From contig OZ253438.1 of NCBI GenBank assembly GCA_965261025.1, positions 207,490-271,489 on the forward strand: 64,000 bases of DNA, given 5' to 3'. Shown piece by piece: positions 20,804 through 29,776 of this stretch. The notes under the pieces were generated by a model, which was not told where the DNA came from, ran no database searches, and saw nothing but the letters and a program-made list of their open reading frames with translations. The first letter of the stretch is position 1, and the number at the start of each line of letters is the position of its first letter. Source of the stretch: Chlamydiales bacterium (GTDB taxonomy: Bacteria; Chlamydiota; Chlamydiia; Chlamydiales; SM23-39). A program made the translations under genes and the position numbers.

Positions 20804-21846
20804 AAATAACCTTGTCACAAAGGCTTAAACCCTTTTCTTTCTGTAAAGGAGGGGAGATAACGCTTCCTGGGTCTTTTGTCACCTTGAAAATATTTCCCAC
20901 AAAGGTGGAGATTTTTCCTTTAGGAGGAGAGGAAAAGAAGCTTTTTTTTGCTTTACAGGGGCCATTTCCTCTGTTTTTCTATCAAAGTAATATAGAAAAA
21001 AGAAGAATTGAGGTTTTCTTCAGAAATGACAGAGGTTTTTTTTCCTATCATTTATTCTTACGAAAAGGAAAGTTTTCTTTTTTTCTAGCAAGAGGGGATT
21101 TTCTGGTGTTAGAAGAAAAGGGGATAAAAAGTGAGCTGAGAAAGAAACAAACGCTCTCTTGGGACTTAACCCCGGTAGAATCTTCTAATAATTTCTGTGA
21201 GAAAATTGCCTTCGGTTGTCACAAAAAGCAGGAAATAGAGAAAGTTCTTCTAAGAAAAGATCCTAAGGAGTTTTTTCCCTTTTGGTTTCGGCTCGGAAAT
21301 CTTTGTCCTCGATTAGGAAAAGAAAAAAGCCCTTTTTTCTCCGATATGGAAAAAGCTTTTTTACGAAAGGACCCCACCTTTTTAGTGAAAAGACTCTCTC
21401 TTCTTTTAGAGGTTGCCTTTTCTGGTTTTTTTGTTCCTTCTCTTCAAGATAAGACAGAACAAAACCTTCCTTTTCCTTCTGGAGATCTTGCCCACCCTTA
21501 TCTTCTCTTACAAGAAGGTGCTTTTTGGATAAAGCATCTTTTTTTGCAAGAGGAAAAAGAGGGCCTAGCTCTCTTAAAAAATCTTCCTAAAGAGCTTCCT
21601 TTTGGAAGGGCCAAGGGGCTTATCTGCTTTTTGGGAAAAATAGACCTAGAGTGGTCTAAGAAAAAAATAAAAAAGGCCATCTTGTACCCTGAAAAAACAG
21701 GCCATTTTCGTCTTTTTCTAAAACCCTGTTTTCAGCGATTTCGCCTTCGAAGAAGAAAAAAAGAAAAAGGGGTCTTTGTACGAGCAGATTCTTTTTTCTC
21801 GATAGAAAAAGGAAATACCCTCTACCTAGACAGATTCGAAAAGTAA
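20800..21846 (+). CDS. Hypothetical protein (no recognisable domain)
   Basis: 348-aa ORF whose ATG overlaps the mtaB stop (ATGA), suggesting co-translation. F/K-rich, with no motif I recognise. Confidence 0.5.
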   Translation: MKITLSQRLKPFSFCKGGEITLPGSFVTLKIFPTKVEIFPLGGEEKKLFFALQGPFPLFFYQSNIEKRRIEVFFRNDRGFFSYHLFLRKGKFSFFLARGDFLVLEEKGIKSELRKKQTLSWDLTPVESSNNFCEKIAFGCHKKQEIEKVLLRKDPKEFFPFWFRLGNLCPRLGKEKSPFFSDMEKAFLRKDPTFLVKRLSLLLEVAFSGFFVPSLQDKTEQNLPFPSGDLAHPYLLLQEGAFWIKHLFLQEEKEGLALLKNLPKELPFGRAKGLICFLGKIDLEWSKKKIKKAILYPEKTGHFRLFLKPCFQRFRLRRRKKEKGVFVRADSFFSIEKGNTLYLDRFEK

Positions 21847-21870
21847 AGAGAAATAGCCCCTCCTATTCCT

Positions 21871-22014
21871 CTATTGTTTACAAGCGCATTGGGGAGAGCA
21901 TTCACAGCTATCTTCACAAATGCATTCGGAGCGATTACAATCCTCTTTTTGTTTTTTTTCAAAAGAGCAACTCAGAAAGAAAAGAAAGCAAAGACAAAAA
22001 CCGATTTTTTTCAC
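21871..22014 (-). CDS. Small (47 aa) cysteine-rich lipoprotein-like peptide, below the ORF-track cutoff
   Basis: GTG at 22014 is preceded by GAGG with a 6-nt spacer. Translation is (M)KKIGFCLCFLFFLSCSFEKKQKEDCNRSECICEDSCECSPQCACKQ*. That gives a signal peptide with lipobox-like FLSC, then 8 Cys in 32 residues. It lies antisense to a weak TTG-initiated 67-aa plus-strand ORF. Confidence 0.45.
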   Translation of the reverse strand: MKKIGFCLCFLFFLSCSFEKKQKEDCNRSECICEDSCECSPQCACKQ

Positions 22015-22099
22015 TCGAAACCTCGATTTGGTTGGTTCACTTCAGGATTTCTGATTTTTTCTTTGCTTTCAATTTAATTTTTGCGAAAATCGCGCAAAC

Positions 22100-22978
22100 A
22101 TGGAAAATCTCAAAAGCTTTCCCTTTTTTATGAGGGAGTACTTTCTTCTTACTAAACCAGGAATTTTAGTAGGGAATGTGCTAAATGCCTTAGGGGGTTT
22201 TTTTTTAGCCTCCTCTTCTATAAACCCTTTACTTTGGCAGGTCCTTTTAGGACTTTTGTCAGTAATGGCCTCTGCTTGTATTTTCAATAACTATGTGGAT
22301 AGGGAAATAGATGCAAAAATGCAAAGAACGCAGGATAGAGCTTTAGCACAAGGAAAAGTTTCTTCAAAAAAGGCCCTTTTTTTGGGTGTCATATTATTGA
22401 TTTATGGAATAGCAGCTCTTTATCTTTCTGCCAATTTTTTAACAGCCCTTTGCGCTTTTTTGGGTTTTTTTATATATGTGGGTATTTATAGCTTTGTCAA
22501 GTACTACACTAGCTTGGCTACCTTAATAGGAAGTATAGCGGGAGCTATGCCTCCTTTAGTAGGGTATTTTTCTCAAAAAGCAGAGATAGATGGCGTTTCC
22601 TTTTTGTTGTTTGCCTTGGTTGCCTCTTGGCAAATGCCCCATTTTTTATCTATTGCTATTTACCGGATAGAAGATTACCGAAGAGCAAAGATTCCTGTTA
22701 TCCCTTTACAAAAGGGGTTCAAAAAGACAAAAAAGCAAATGCTTTTCTACGTGATACTTTTTTGTCTTTTTGCCCTTTTTCTTTCTAGGGCTGCTTTTGT
22801 GGGGTTTTTGTATAAAGGAGTTCTTGTCGTCTTAGGGGGAGGCTGGATTTTACTTTGCCTAAAGGGTTTTTTTACTTCTCAAGACGAAAAATGGGCTCGT
22901 CAGATGTTTCGTTTTTCGCTTATGGTAATCTTAGGGCTGTTTCTCTCTTTTTTAGGGAAGTTTCTCTTGCAAAATTAA
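22100..22978 (+). CDS. cyoE: Protoheme IX farnesyltransferase (heme O synthase)
   Basis: 292 aa UbiA-type prenyltransferase with NNYVDREIDAKMQRTQDR and multiple TM helices. This matches the heme O requirement of the bo3 oxidase. Confidence 0.9.
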   Translation: MENLKSFPFFMREYFLLTKPGILVGNVLNALGGFFLASSSINPLLWQVLLGLLSVMASACIFNNYVDREIDAKMQRTQDRALAQGKVSSKKALFLGVILLIYGIAALYLSANFLTALCAFLGFFIYVGIYSFVKYYTSLATLIGSIAGAMPPLVGYFSQKAEIDGVSFLLFALVASWQMPHFLSIAIYRIEDYRRAKIPVIPLQKGFKKTKKQMLFYVILFCLFALFLSRAAFVGFLYKGVLVVLGGGWILLCLKGFFTSQDEKWARQMFRFSLMVILGLFLSFLGKFLLQN

Positions 22979-23006
22979 GGCTCTCTTAAAAAGGGTCAAG
23001 AGAGCC
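22979..23006. terminator. Perfect 9-bp stem hairpin in a 38-nt convergent intergenic gap (candidate bidirectional terminator)
   Basis: GGCTCTCTT (22979-22987), a 10-nt loop, then AAGAGAGCC (22998-23006), starting right after the cyoE stop. The U-tract is weak on both strands. Confidence 0.45.
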
Positions 23007-23016
23007 CCAAATTCGA

Positions 23017-23400
23017 TTAGCTAAAAAATCCCATTCCTCCAAGATAAGCCCCTAATACTAGAAGAACCCATCCTAGCCAATGGTATTTGTCTCCAGATAG
23101 GACTTTTTTCATCCATTTTGCGAAAGAGTCCATAAAGAAAATGCGGAAAAAGCCGTTTATCAGGATAAGCCATCCCACAAGAGTAATAAGTACAGTCCAA
23201 TCCTTATACCAGTCATTATGAAGATGTACAACGACCATACCTATTAAAACAGAAATATAGCCCGAAAATAAAATAAGGGGTTTGCTTTGGATAAAATCTT
23301 TCATAATGGGTTTGATCTTATCTGGGATTATGATCATAGAGGCCCCTACTACAAAGAGGTATACCCCTAAGATCTGTGCTAGTGCTAAAGAAAGTTCCAT
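23017..23400 (-). CDS. Small 4-TM membrane protein, unknown function
   Basis: The ATG at 23400 is preceded by AAGGAGA. The protein starts MELSLALAQILGVYLFVVGA. The upstream ATG of the ORF track has no SD. Confidence 0.6.
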   Translation of the reverse strand: MELSLALAQILGVYLFVVGASMIIIPDKIKPIMKDFIQSKPLILFSGYISVLIGMVVVHLHNDWYKDWTVLITLVGWLILINGFFRIFFMDSFAKWMKKVLSGDKYHWLGWVLLVLGAYLGGMGFFS

Positions 23401-23529
23401 GAAGTTCTCCTTGGTTCTTTCTCTGCTCTGTATCAAAAAAAATATCTTAAAGACAAGAAAATATTTTTAAACCTCTTAAAATAATTACTCAATTTAAATC
23501 AAAAATATCTATCTGTTATCATCTTTTAT

Positions 23530-24048
23530 ATGAAAAGAAAGATTTTTATAAAAAAAATAGTATTTTTTTGTTTTTTATTTACCTATCTCTTTGCCTCAGA
23601 ACCATTTCAGGTTCCTTTAGATGGCAAGGTCTACCTTTCTAACCTTGACGAGAATTTTTTAGAAAAAAAAGAAAGTGAAGATTGGGTTCATCTTGTAAAG
23701 GCCTGGAGAGGGAAAAAAATGGCTTTTTTTATGCCTCATTTTCCCAAGCAGGAGAAAATAGAAGGGGGAATGGTTTTTGAAGCGTTTCAAAAAAATCTTA
23801 TCTATCGGGTAAAAATAGAGCCTAAGAAGGAATCTTTTCTGGAGGAAAAAAGGAAAAATGCTCTTTTCCTACGAAAAGAAGGAAATACAGAATCTAAGAT
23901 CTATAATCTTTTCTTCAAAGACCGAAAAGAAAAAGTGATTTTTTTGGAAAAAGAAATAGTTACTTTGGCTGTTTTAGGAGAAGGCTTTAACGAAGAAGTA
24001 AAGTTCTTTGAATCTTTTCAGGAAATCACACCTAAGAAGCAGGGATGA
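23530..24048 (+). CDS. Hypothetical exported protein
   Basis: 172 aa with an N-terminal signal-like MKRKIFIKKIVFFCFLFTYLFASEP. No recognisable domain. Confidence 0.5.
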   Translation: MKRKIFIKKIVFFCFLFTYLFASEPFQVPLDGKVYLSNLDENFLEKKESEDWVHLVKAWRGKKMAFFMPHFPKQEKIEGGMVFEAFQKNLIYRVKIEPKKESFLEEKRKNALFLRKEGNTESKIYNLFFKDRKEKVIFLEKEIVTLAVLGEGFNEEVKFFESFQEITPKKQG

Positions 24049-24185
24049 TCTAAACTTTAGATTGTAAGATACAGACTTTTCCTTGACCGGGAGTTTGCTT
24101 GCTTTGCTGTTTTTAAGCTATTGTAGAAAAAACCCTTGCTAGGGTATCTTGTACTTCTCTCTTGCGGGAGATCTCTCTTTGGATT

Positions 24186-24258
24186 GGGGGCTTAGCTTAG
24201 TTGGTAGAGCGTCTGATTTGCATTCAGAAGGTCAGGAGTTCGAATCTCCTAGCCTCCA
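24186..24258 (+). tRNA. tRNA-Ala (anticodon UGC)
   Basis: Cloverleaf folded by hand. The acceptor GGGGGCT/AGCCTCC includes the G3:U70 alanine identity pair. The anticodon loop is TTTGCAT and the T-arm is AGGAG-TTCGAAT-CTCCT. CCA is not encoded. Confidence 0.95.
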
Positions 24259-24264
24259 TTTCTT

Positions 24265-24338
24265 GCGGTTATAGCTCAGCTGGTTAGAGCGCGACACTGA
24301 TAATGTCGAGGTCCCAAGTTCAAGTCTTGGTAACCGCA
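24265..24338 (+). tRNA. tRNA-Ile (anticodon GAU)
   Basis: Acceptor GCGGTTA/TAACCGC, D-arm GCTC-AGCTGGTTAG-AGC, anticodon stem CGACA/TGTCG with loop CTGATAA, and T-arm CCAAG-TTCAAGT-CTTGG. Confidence 0.95.
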
Positions 24339-24465
24339 TACTCTCTTCGAATTTTTCTACAGAAAAGTCTGAAAGGTTTGTTCTATCGTTTTTTCCGTTT
24401 TAGGGGAAAGAGTTTTGTAAAATTCGTTTTATTTGCTACAACAAGAAGAAACAGCAAGAGGTTTT

Positions 24466-24954
24466 ATGCAAAAGAAAAATCAATCATTGCACCGCTTGTG
24501 GGGCTTTCTTTTTTTGTTATCTTTGGTTTTTCTTATTCAGTATATGGGAGCTTTCTTTACAGGTAGCTCTTCTCAGCAGTGGTATTATTCTTTAAATAAA
24601 CCAAGCTGGACTCCAAAACAGGAAGTTTTTACTCCTATTTGGACCTTTCTGTATCTAATAGTCGCAGCGGTAGCGTACTTTTTATGGAAAGAAAAGCCCT
24701 CTAGTAACAGGAAGAAAGCTCTTTTTTTCTGGGGATTACAGCTTCTTGCCAATGGTCTTTGGTCCTTTTCTTTCTTCTATTTTCAAAACATCACTTTGGC
24801 CCTGTGGAATTTAGGGCTTATCGTTGTTTTAGTTTTGATCTTATTTCATTACGCTAAGAAGGTATCCAGTATGGCCAGCGTGCTTTTACTTCCCTTTTTC
24901 CTTTGGCTTCTTTATGCATTTTGCCTGAATTTCAGCATCTGGATGCAAAACTAA
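24466..24954 (+). CDS. tspO: TspO/MBR family tryptophan-rich sensory protein
   Basis: WYYSLNKPSWTPKQEVFTPIWTFLYLIVAAVAY and five TM helices are typical of TspO. The ATG at 24466 is preceded by AGAGG. Confidence 0.85.
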   Translation: MQKKNQSLHRLWGFLFLLSLVFLIQYMGAFFTGSSSQQWYYSLNKPSWTPKQEVFTPIWTFLYLIVAAVAYFLWKEKPSSNRKKALFFWGLQLLANGLWSFSFFYFQNITLALWNLGLIVVLVLILFHYAKKVSSMASVLLLPFFLWLLYAFCLNFSIWMQN

Positions 24955-25889
24955 TTAGATACGGCGGCCACCTTTGCTCTTTTCCCTTTTTTTTTTATAT
25001 ATCCTTGTTTGAGTTCAGAGCGGTAAATCAACCAGAGCCCCGAAGAAACCACTCCTGTGGAGAGAAAAATAATCCAAGAAGGTTTTTCCCCAATTAAAAT
25101 CCAGCTCGTCAAGGAGGCAAAGATGGGGCTTAAAAGTCCCATAAAAGAGAGAAAAGTGGCAGTAAATTTCTTTAAAAGAAATCCATACAAGTTATAGCAA
25201 ATCAGATTCGAAAGAACCATAATAGTAAGCATACCTTTGAAGAAGGAAGAGGTATCATGTACAGGGACCCAGGAATCTACAAAAAAAGAGTGAATCAGAG
25301 CAAAAATACCTCCCAGGATCATAATAGAGCCGTTGGCATAGATGGGAGAAACTTCTTGGTTTTTGACAACCAGTCTTAAAAGAACCCACCCATAGACTGA
25401 GGTGAGGGCTGCTCCTATGATGGCCAAAGAAGGCCAAGACAAAAAACCAATGCCTCCGAAAACGCTTTCCTGTCCCACTTGAATGCGTAAAACAGGCAAG
25501 AAACCTAAAAATCCCACTGTCATGCCTACCCATTTTTGGGGAGTCATTTTTTCTCCAAAATGAAGATAGGAAAAAAAGGCAGCAAAAAAAGGAGACAGGC
25601 TGTAGATAAAACAGGTTTTGGCTGCTGTCAAATATTTTAGCCCCCAGAATTCCAAAATATTTGTCACATAAATGCTTAAAAAGGAGAGGAGAAGAAGGGA
25701 AAGAAATTGTTTTTTGCTTAAGGAAAAAGAACGCCTTCTCAAAGCCCAGTAAGAAAGGAGAAGGGTCCCTGCAAGGAGCATACGAGAGCTGGTCAAAAAA
25801 AGAGGGGAAGTAAACTGCAAAGTCCACTTTCCTATAGGGAAGACACTAGACCAGATTAGGTATAACAACGCTACGCTCAAAACATTCAT
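24951..25889 (-). CDS. EamA/DMT-superfamily transporter
   Basis: 312 aa with about 10 TM helices arranged as two EamA-like halves. Confidence 0.8.
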   Translation of the reverse strand: MNVLSVALLYLIWSSVFPIGKWTLQFTSPLFLTSSRMLLAGTLLLSYWALRRRSFSLSKKQFLSLLLLSFLSIYVTNILEFWGLKYLTAAKTCFIYSLSPFFAAFFSYLHFGEKMTPQKWVGMTVGFLGFLPVLRIQVGQESVFGGIGFLSWPSLAIIGAALTSVYGWVLLRLVVKNQEVSPIYANGSIMILGGIFALIHSFFVDSWVPVHDTSSFFKGMLTIMVLSNLICYNLYGFLLKKFTATFLSFMGLLSPIFASLTSWILIGEKPSWIIFLSTGVVSSGLWLIYRSELKQGYIKKKGKRAKVAAVSN

Positions 25890-26053
25890 GAAAATATCCT
25901 CTTACGCATTAAGGATATAATTCTATCTTCTTGTTTTAATAACTTCTAGAATAATTCCTGATAGATACTTAAATTTTGAAAGGGGGATTTTCTCTTGCTA
26001 TAGAAGGATTTTCTCCTATACTATGGGGATCCCTACATCTGGTTTAGTATTTT

Positions 26054-27907
26054 ATGAAAGTTATTTCCTATGGATCCTGGCCTTCTCCTTTTCCTATCAA
26101 AGAAATGGTTAAAAGGAAAAGCGCTTTTAGTTTTTTGCAGAGAGAAGGATCAAAACTTTACTGGATAGAAAAAAGTCAAGGAGGAAGATCTACGCTATGT
26201 TCTTTAGATCTTCAAAACGAAAAGCAGAAAGAAGAAACGCCAGGTTTTGAGGTAAGAAGTAAAGTAAATGAGTATGGAGGCTTTCCTTTTTTGGTCGTTC
26301 AAAATCTTCTTTTTTTTACCGATAGCAAGGGGGCTATTTATATTCGGGAAGAGGGGCTTATTCGCCTTTTGCATCAAAGAAGAGAAAGAAGGTATGCCTC
26401 CTTTTGTTTTGATTCTAAGAGAAGAAGGCTTCTTGCTGTATGTGAAAATACGCAAGAAGGATCCCAATGCATTGTTTCCCTAGATCTACAGGGGAAAGAA
26501 AAAATCTTGATAGAGGGAAGTGACTTTTATTCTTCCTTAGCGCTCGATCCTAAACAGAATCTTATCGCTTTTTTATCTTGGAATCACCCCAATATGCCTT
26601 GGGAACAAAGTGAACTTCATCTCGGTTTTTTTTCTGAAAAAGGAGAAATAGAAAAGACAGAAGCTGTGGTCAAAAAAACAGGTGTATCCTTGTTTCAGCC
26701 CTCTTTTTCTGAAGAAGGAGAGCTCTATTTTATTTCTGATGAGACAGGGTGGGGAAATCTATACAAATACAAGCAAGGAATAAAAAAGGCTCTTTTACCT
26801 ATGGAGGCTGAATTTTCTCAGCCGGCCTGGGTAATGGGACTTTCTAGATATGCTTTTATCCCAAAAGAAGAGGGTTTCGATTTATTTTGTGTTTTTACCA
26901 AAAAAGGGAAAGATCAATTGGCGATTTTTTCCGAAAAAGAGAATTGCTTGCAGGAAGTGGGAGAGGAGATTTTTCAGGCGCAGTATCTTCAAGCAGAGGG
27001 AAGGTATGGCTATTTTGTAGGGGCAACGAGCTCTTTGGAGCAAACCCTTTTTGCTATTTCTTGGGACAACAGGCAAAAAAGAGCCCTTTTCCCTTATGCT
27101 AAAAAGGAAGTTTTCTCGGTCGGAGAAGAAATTTTTTCAAAGAGCAAGGAGGGAGAAAAAATCTACGGTTTTTTCTATCCCCCCTTGAGTCTTGCCTGCA
27201 GGGGACCTGAGGCGGAAAGACCTCCTCTAATTGTAAAATGTCATGGGGGACCTACTGCACAAGCTTACAATACATATAATCCAGAGACCACTTTTTGGAC
27301 TTGTAAGGGATTTGCTGTTTTGGAAGTAAACTATCGAGGAAGTTCTGGATATGGGAAAAAATACCAGGAAGCTCTTTTGGGAAACTGGGGAATTTTTGAT
27401 GTAAATGATGTGTGTGATTTAGCTCTTTTAGTTGCAGAAAAAGGGTTAGTAGATAGACAAAGAATGGCAGTTAAAGGAAGAAGCTCTGGAGGGTATACAG
27501 CCCTTGCCGCAGCTTGTTTTCGCAAAGTTTTTTCTGCTTGTGTAAGCTACTACGGGATCGCAGATTTAAAAGCTTTAGTAGAGACGGGACATAAGTTTGA
27601 GCTTTACTATACGCAAAAACTTGTAGCTCCCTATCCGGAAAAAGCAGAGGTATACAAGGAAAGGTCTCCTATTTATCACAGCTCCCACATAGAATGTCCT
27701 GTTTTATTATTTCATGGTACAGAAGACAAGATAGTTTTCCCCGAGCAATCTATTAATTTATACCAGAGATTAAAAAAACAAAAAAAGCCTGTAGAAATTT
27801 ATCTCTTTGAAGGAGAAGGGCATTCTTTTCGCAAGGAAGAAACTTGGCAGCAGGCTTTTGAAAGAGAGTATGAATTTTATAAAGCCTGCTTTGCGATTTC
27901 TCCATGA
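26054..27907 (+). CDS. S9-family serine peptidase (prolyl oligopeptidase / acylaminoacyl-peptidase type)
   Basis: 617 aa. An N-terminal beta-propeller-like region is followed by a C-terminal alpha/beta hydrolase with nucleophile elbow GRSSGGYTA and a distal GEGHSF. Confidence 0.85.
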   Translation: MKVISYGSWPSPFPIKEMVKRKSAFSFLQREGSKLYWIEKSQGGRSTLCSLDLQNEKQKEETPGFEVRSKVNEYGGFPFLVVQNLLFFTDSKGAIYIREEGLIRLLHQRRERRYASFCFDSKRRRLLAVCENTQEGSQCIVSLDLQGKEKILIEGSDFYSSLALDPKQNLIAFLSWNHPNMPWEQSELHLGFFSEKGEIEKTEAVVKKTGVSLFQPSFSEEGELYFISDETGWGNLYKYKQGIKKALLPMEAEFSQPAWVMGLSRYAFIPKEEGFDLFCVFTKKGKDQLAIFSEKENCLQEVGEEIFQAQYLQAEGRYGYFVGATSSLEQTLFAISWDNRQKRALFPYAKKEVFSVGEEIFSKSKEGEKIYGFFYPPLSLACRGPEAERPPLIVKCHGGPTAQAYNTYNPETTFWTCKGFAVLEVNYRGSSGYGKKYQEALLGNWGIFDVNDVCDLALLVAEKGLVDRQRMAVKGRSSGGYTALAAACFRKVFSACVSYYGIADLKALVETGHKFELYYTQKLVAPYPEKAEVYKERSPIYHSSHIECPVLLFHGTEDKIVFPEQSINLYQRLKKQKKPVEIYLFEGEGHSFRKEETWQQAFEREYEFYKACFAISP

Positions 27908-28578
27908 ATGAACTTCTTTTTTTATTCCATATTCTATTAATGCTCTGTTTTTTGAGCCTTTCTTTTTTGGGAAAAAAACCTGCTTTGATGGCTTTTGTTT
28001 GTATGAATGCTCTTTTTGCCAACCTTTTTGTGATCAAGCAAATCTCTCTTTTTTCTCTTTCTGTAACCGCTTCTGATGTATTTGTAATTGGGGCTATTTT
28101 GGCCAATAATTTAATCCAAGAATTTTATGGGAAAAAAGAGGCTAAAAAAGCGCTTTATCTCTCCTTTTTCTTTCTTTTGATCTTCTTTGTTTTTTCCCAA
28201 GTTCATTTAGCCTACACTCCTTCTGAAAAAGATCAAACGCAAGAAGCTTTTACTACTCTTTTTTCTATGACACCCAGGATTCTTTTTAGTTCCATTTTTG
28301 TCTTTTTTTTCGTGCAGAGATGGGATCTTCTTTTTTTCTCTTTTTTGCAGAGAATTTTCTCTGAAAAATGGCTTGGGCTTCGCCTTCTTCTTTCTCTAAC
28401 CGTTTCTCAGTTTTTAGATACCTTTTTATTTACTTTCATAGCTCTCTATGGGTATGTGACTTCTTTTTTAGAAGTGGTTGGATTTAGTTTTCTCATAAAA
28501 ATGGGGGTGATTGCTATCTCTTCCTGTTTTATAGCGCTTTTTAAGAAATTCTCTCCCAAGAGGTTTTATGCAGAATAG
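27904..28578 (+). CDS. yhhQ: YhhQ/VUT-family queuosine-precursor (queuine/preQ) transporter
   Basis: 224 aa, 6 TM. Family-like motifs are SVTASDVFVIGAILANNLIQEFYGKKEAKKA, VQRWDLLFFSFLQR and SQFLDTFLFTFIALYG. Overlaps the peptidase stop and the tgt start. Confidence 0.75.
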   Translation: MNELLFLFHILLMLCFLSLSFLGKKPALMAFVCMNALFANLFVIKQISLFSLSVTASDVFVIGAILANNLIQEFYGKKEAKKALYLSFFFLLIFFVFSQVHLAYTPSEKDQTQEAFTTLFSMTPRILFSSIFVFFFVQRWDLLFFSFLQRIFSEKWLGLRLLLSLTVSQFLDTFLFTFIALYGYVTSFLEVVGFSFLIKMGVIAISSCFIALFKKFSPKRFYAE

Positions 28579-29701
28579 CTTTCGTTTTGAAATCCTTCAT
28601 ACTTCTAAAATTTCTAAAGCACGCTTTGGTAGGATTCATACCCCTCATGGAATTATTGAAACCCCCAATTTTGTGGCAGTGGGTACCAACGGAGTTTTAA
28701 AAGCCCTAGATCATCAGAGGGTAGAAGAAATGGACCTTCAGCTAATGTTTTGTAATACGTACCATCTTCTTTTGCAACCCGGGATAGAGACGGTAAAAAA
28801 AGCGGGAGGACTGCATAAGTTTATAGGGAGAAAAAGTCCTATCATTACCGATTCAGGGGGATTTCAGGTTTTTTCTTTAGCTTATGGATCAGTACAAGAG
28901 GAACTAAAGGGAAAAGGAGTTAAAAGGGGGAGTAGTTCTATCATAAAAGTCTCAGAAGAGGGGGTCCTTTTTCGCTCTTATAGAGATGGGAATAAAGTAT
29001 TATTGACCCCCGAAAGTTCTGTGGAAGCACAAAAAGCACTAGGAGCAGATATTATTATTCCTTTCGATGAGCTTCCTCCCTATCATGTAAGTGAAACTTC
29101 TTTAAAGGAATCATTAGAGAGAACTCATAGGTGGGAAAAACGCTCTTTACAAAGACACCTAAAGGAAAAAAAAGGGCAGGCCATGTATGGGGTAATTCAT
29201 GGAGGGGTTTCTTTAGAGCTGAGAAAGCAAAGTTGTGATTATCTGACATCTCTTGAGTTTGATGGATTTTCTATAGGGGGAAGTGTGGGGAAAACCAAGG
29301 CAGAAATGATGACTATGCTTCGTTATACCAAAGAATATCTTCCTGAAGAAAAACCCCTACATCTTTTAGGGATAGGAGATCTTGTCTCTTTGGAAAAGTG
29401 TGTTCCTCTAGGAATTGATACCTTCGATAGTTCCTATCCGACTAAAGCTGCAAGGCATGGGTTATTATTTGCGCAACAAGGAGATATAAAGATAGAAAAA
29501 GGGATATATCAAAATGACTTTTCTCCTCCCGAAAGAAAATGTGCCTGTTTTACCTGTACCCACTATACAAAAGCTTACTTGCACCACTTATTCAAGGCTA
29601 AAGAGCTTACTGCTTATACTCTTGCTACGTTGCATAATCTTTTTTATATGATTCAAAAAATGAAAGAGTTTCGCAGGCAAATTCTGCAAGATCAAATCTG
29701 A
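28568..29701 (+). CDS. tgt: Queuine/preQ1 tRNA-ribosyltransferase
   Basis: 377 aa with GRIHTPHGIIETPNFVAVGT, the catalytic region GIDTFDSSYPTKAARHG and the zinc site CACFTCTHYTKAYLHHL. The pocket reads FDELPPY where E. coli has FDECTPY. Confidence 0.95.
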   Translation: MQNSFRFEILHTSKISKARFGRIHTPHGIIETPNFVAVGTNGVLKALDHQRVEEMDLQLMFCNTYHLLLQPGIETVKKAGGLHKFIGRKSPIITDSGGFQVFSLAYGSVQEELKGKGVKRGSSSIIKVSEEGVLFRSYRDGNKVLLTPESSVEAQKALGADIIIPFDELPPYHVSETSLKESLERTHRWEKRSLQRHLKEKKGQAMYGVIHGGVSLELRKQSCDYLTSLEFDGFSIGGSVGKTKAEMMTMLRYTKEYLPEEKPLHLLGIGDLVSLEKCVPLGIDTFDSSYPTKAARHGLLFAQQGDIKIEKGIYQNDFSPPERKCACFTCTHYTKAYLHHLFKAKELTAYTLATLHNLFYMIQKMKEFRRQILQDQI

Positions 29702-29776
29702 AGGCTTGTTCGCAAGGTTTCAGTGGGAAAATATTTCGTAAAATAGGTACAATTCAGAACCCTGAGGGATTCTTTT

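Noticed and set aside
21874-22077. 67-aa plus-strand TTG-initiated ORF (and the 72-aa minus ORF at 22069-22287)
   Set aside because: It has no SD or ATG. The first is antisense to the better-supported Cys-rich small ORF. The second overlaps the cyoE start region antisense.
24049-24465. tRNA-Ala/Ile pair as part of an rRNA operon
   Set aside because: No 16S 3' end or 23S 5' end sequence flanks the tRNAs. Protein-coding genes lie on both sides.
24303-24566. 87-aa plus-strand ORF in the track
   Set aside because: It starts inside tRNA-Ile and runs through the tspO upstream region and N-terminus in another frame. The tRNA and TspO calls explain the sequence.
25255-25827. 190-aa minus-strand ORF
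   Set aside because: It lies entirely within the EamA transporter gene in a different frame. It has no motif and a composition typical of an out-of-frame read of a membrane-protein gene.
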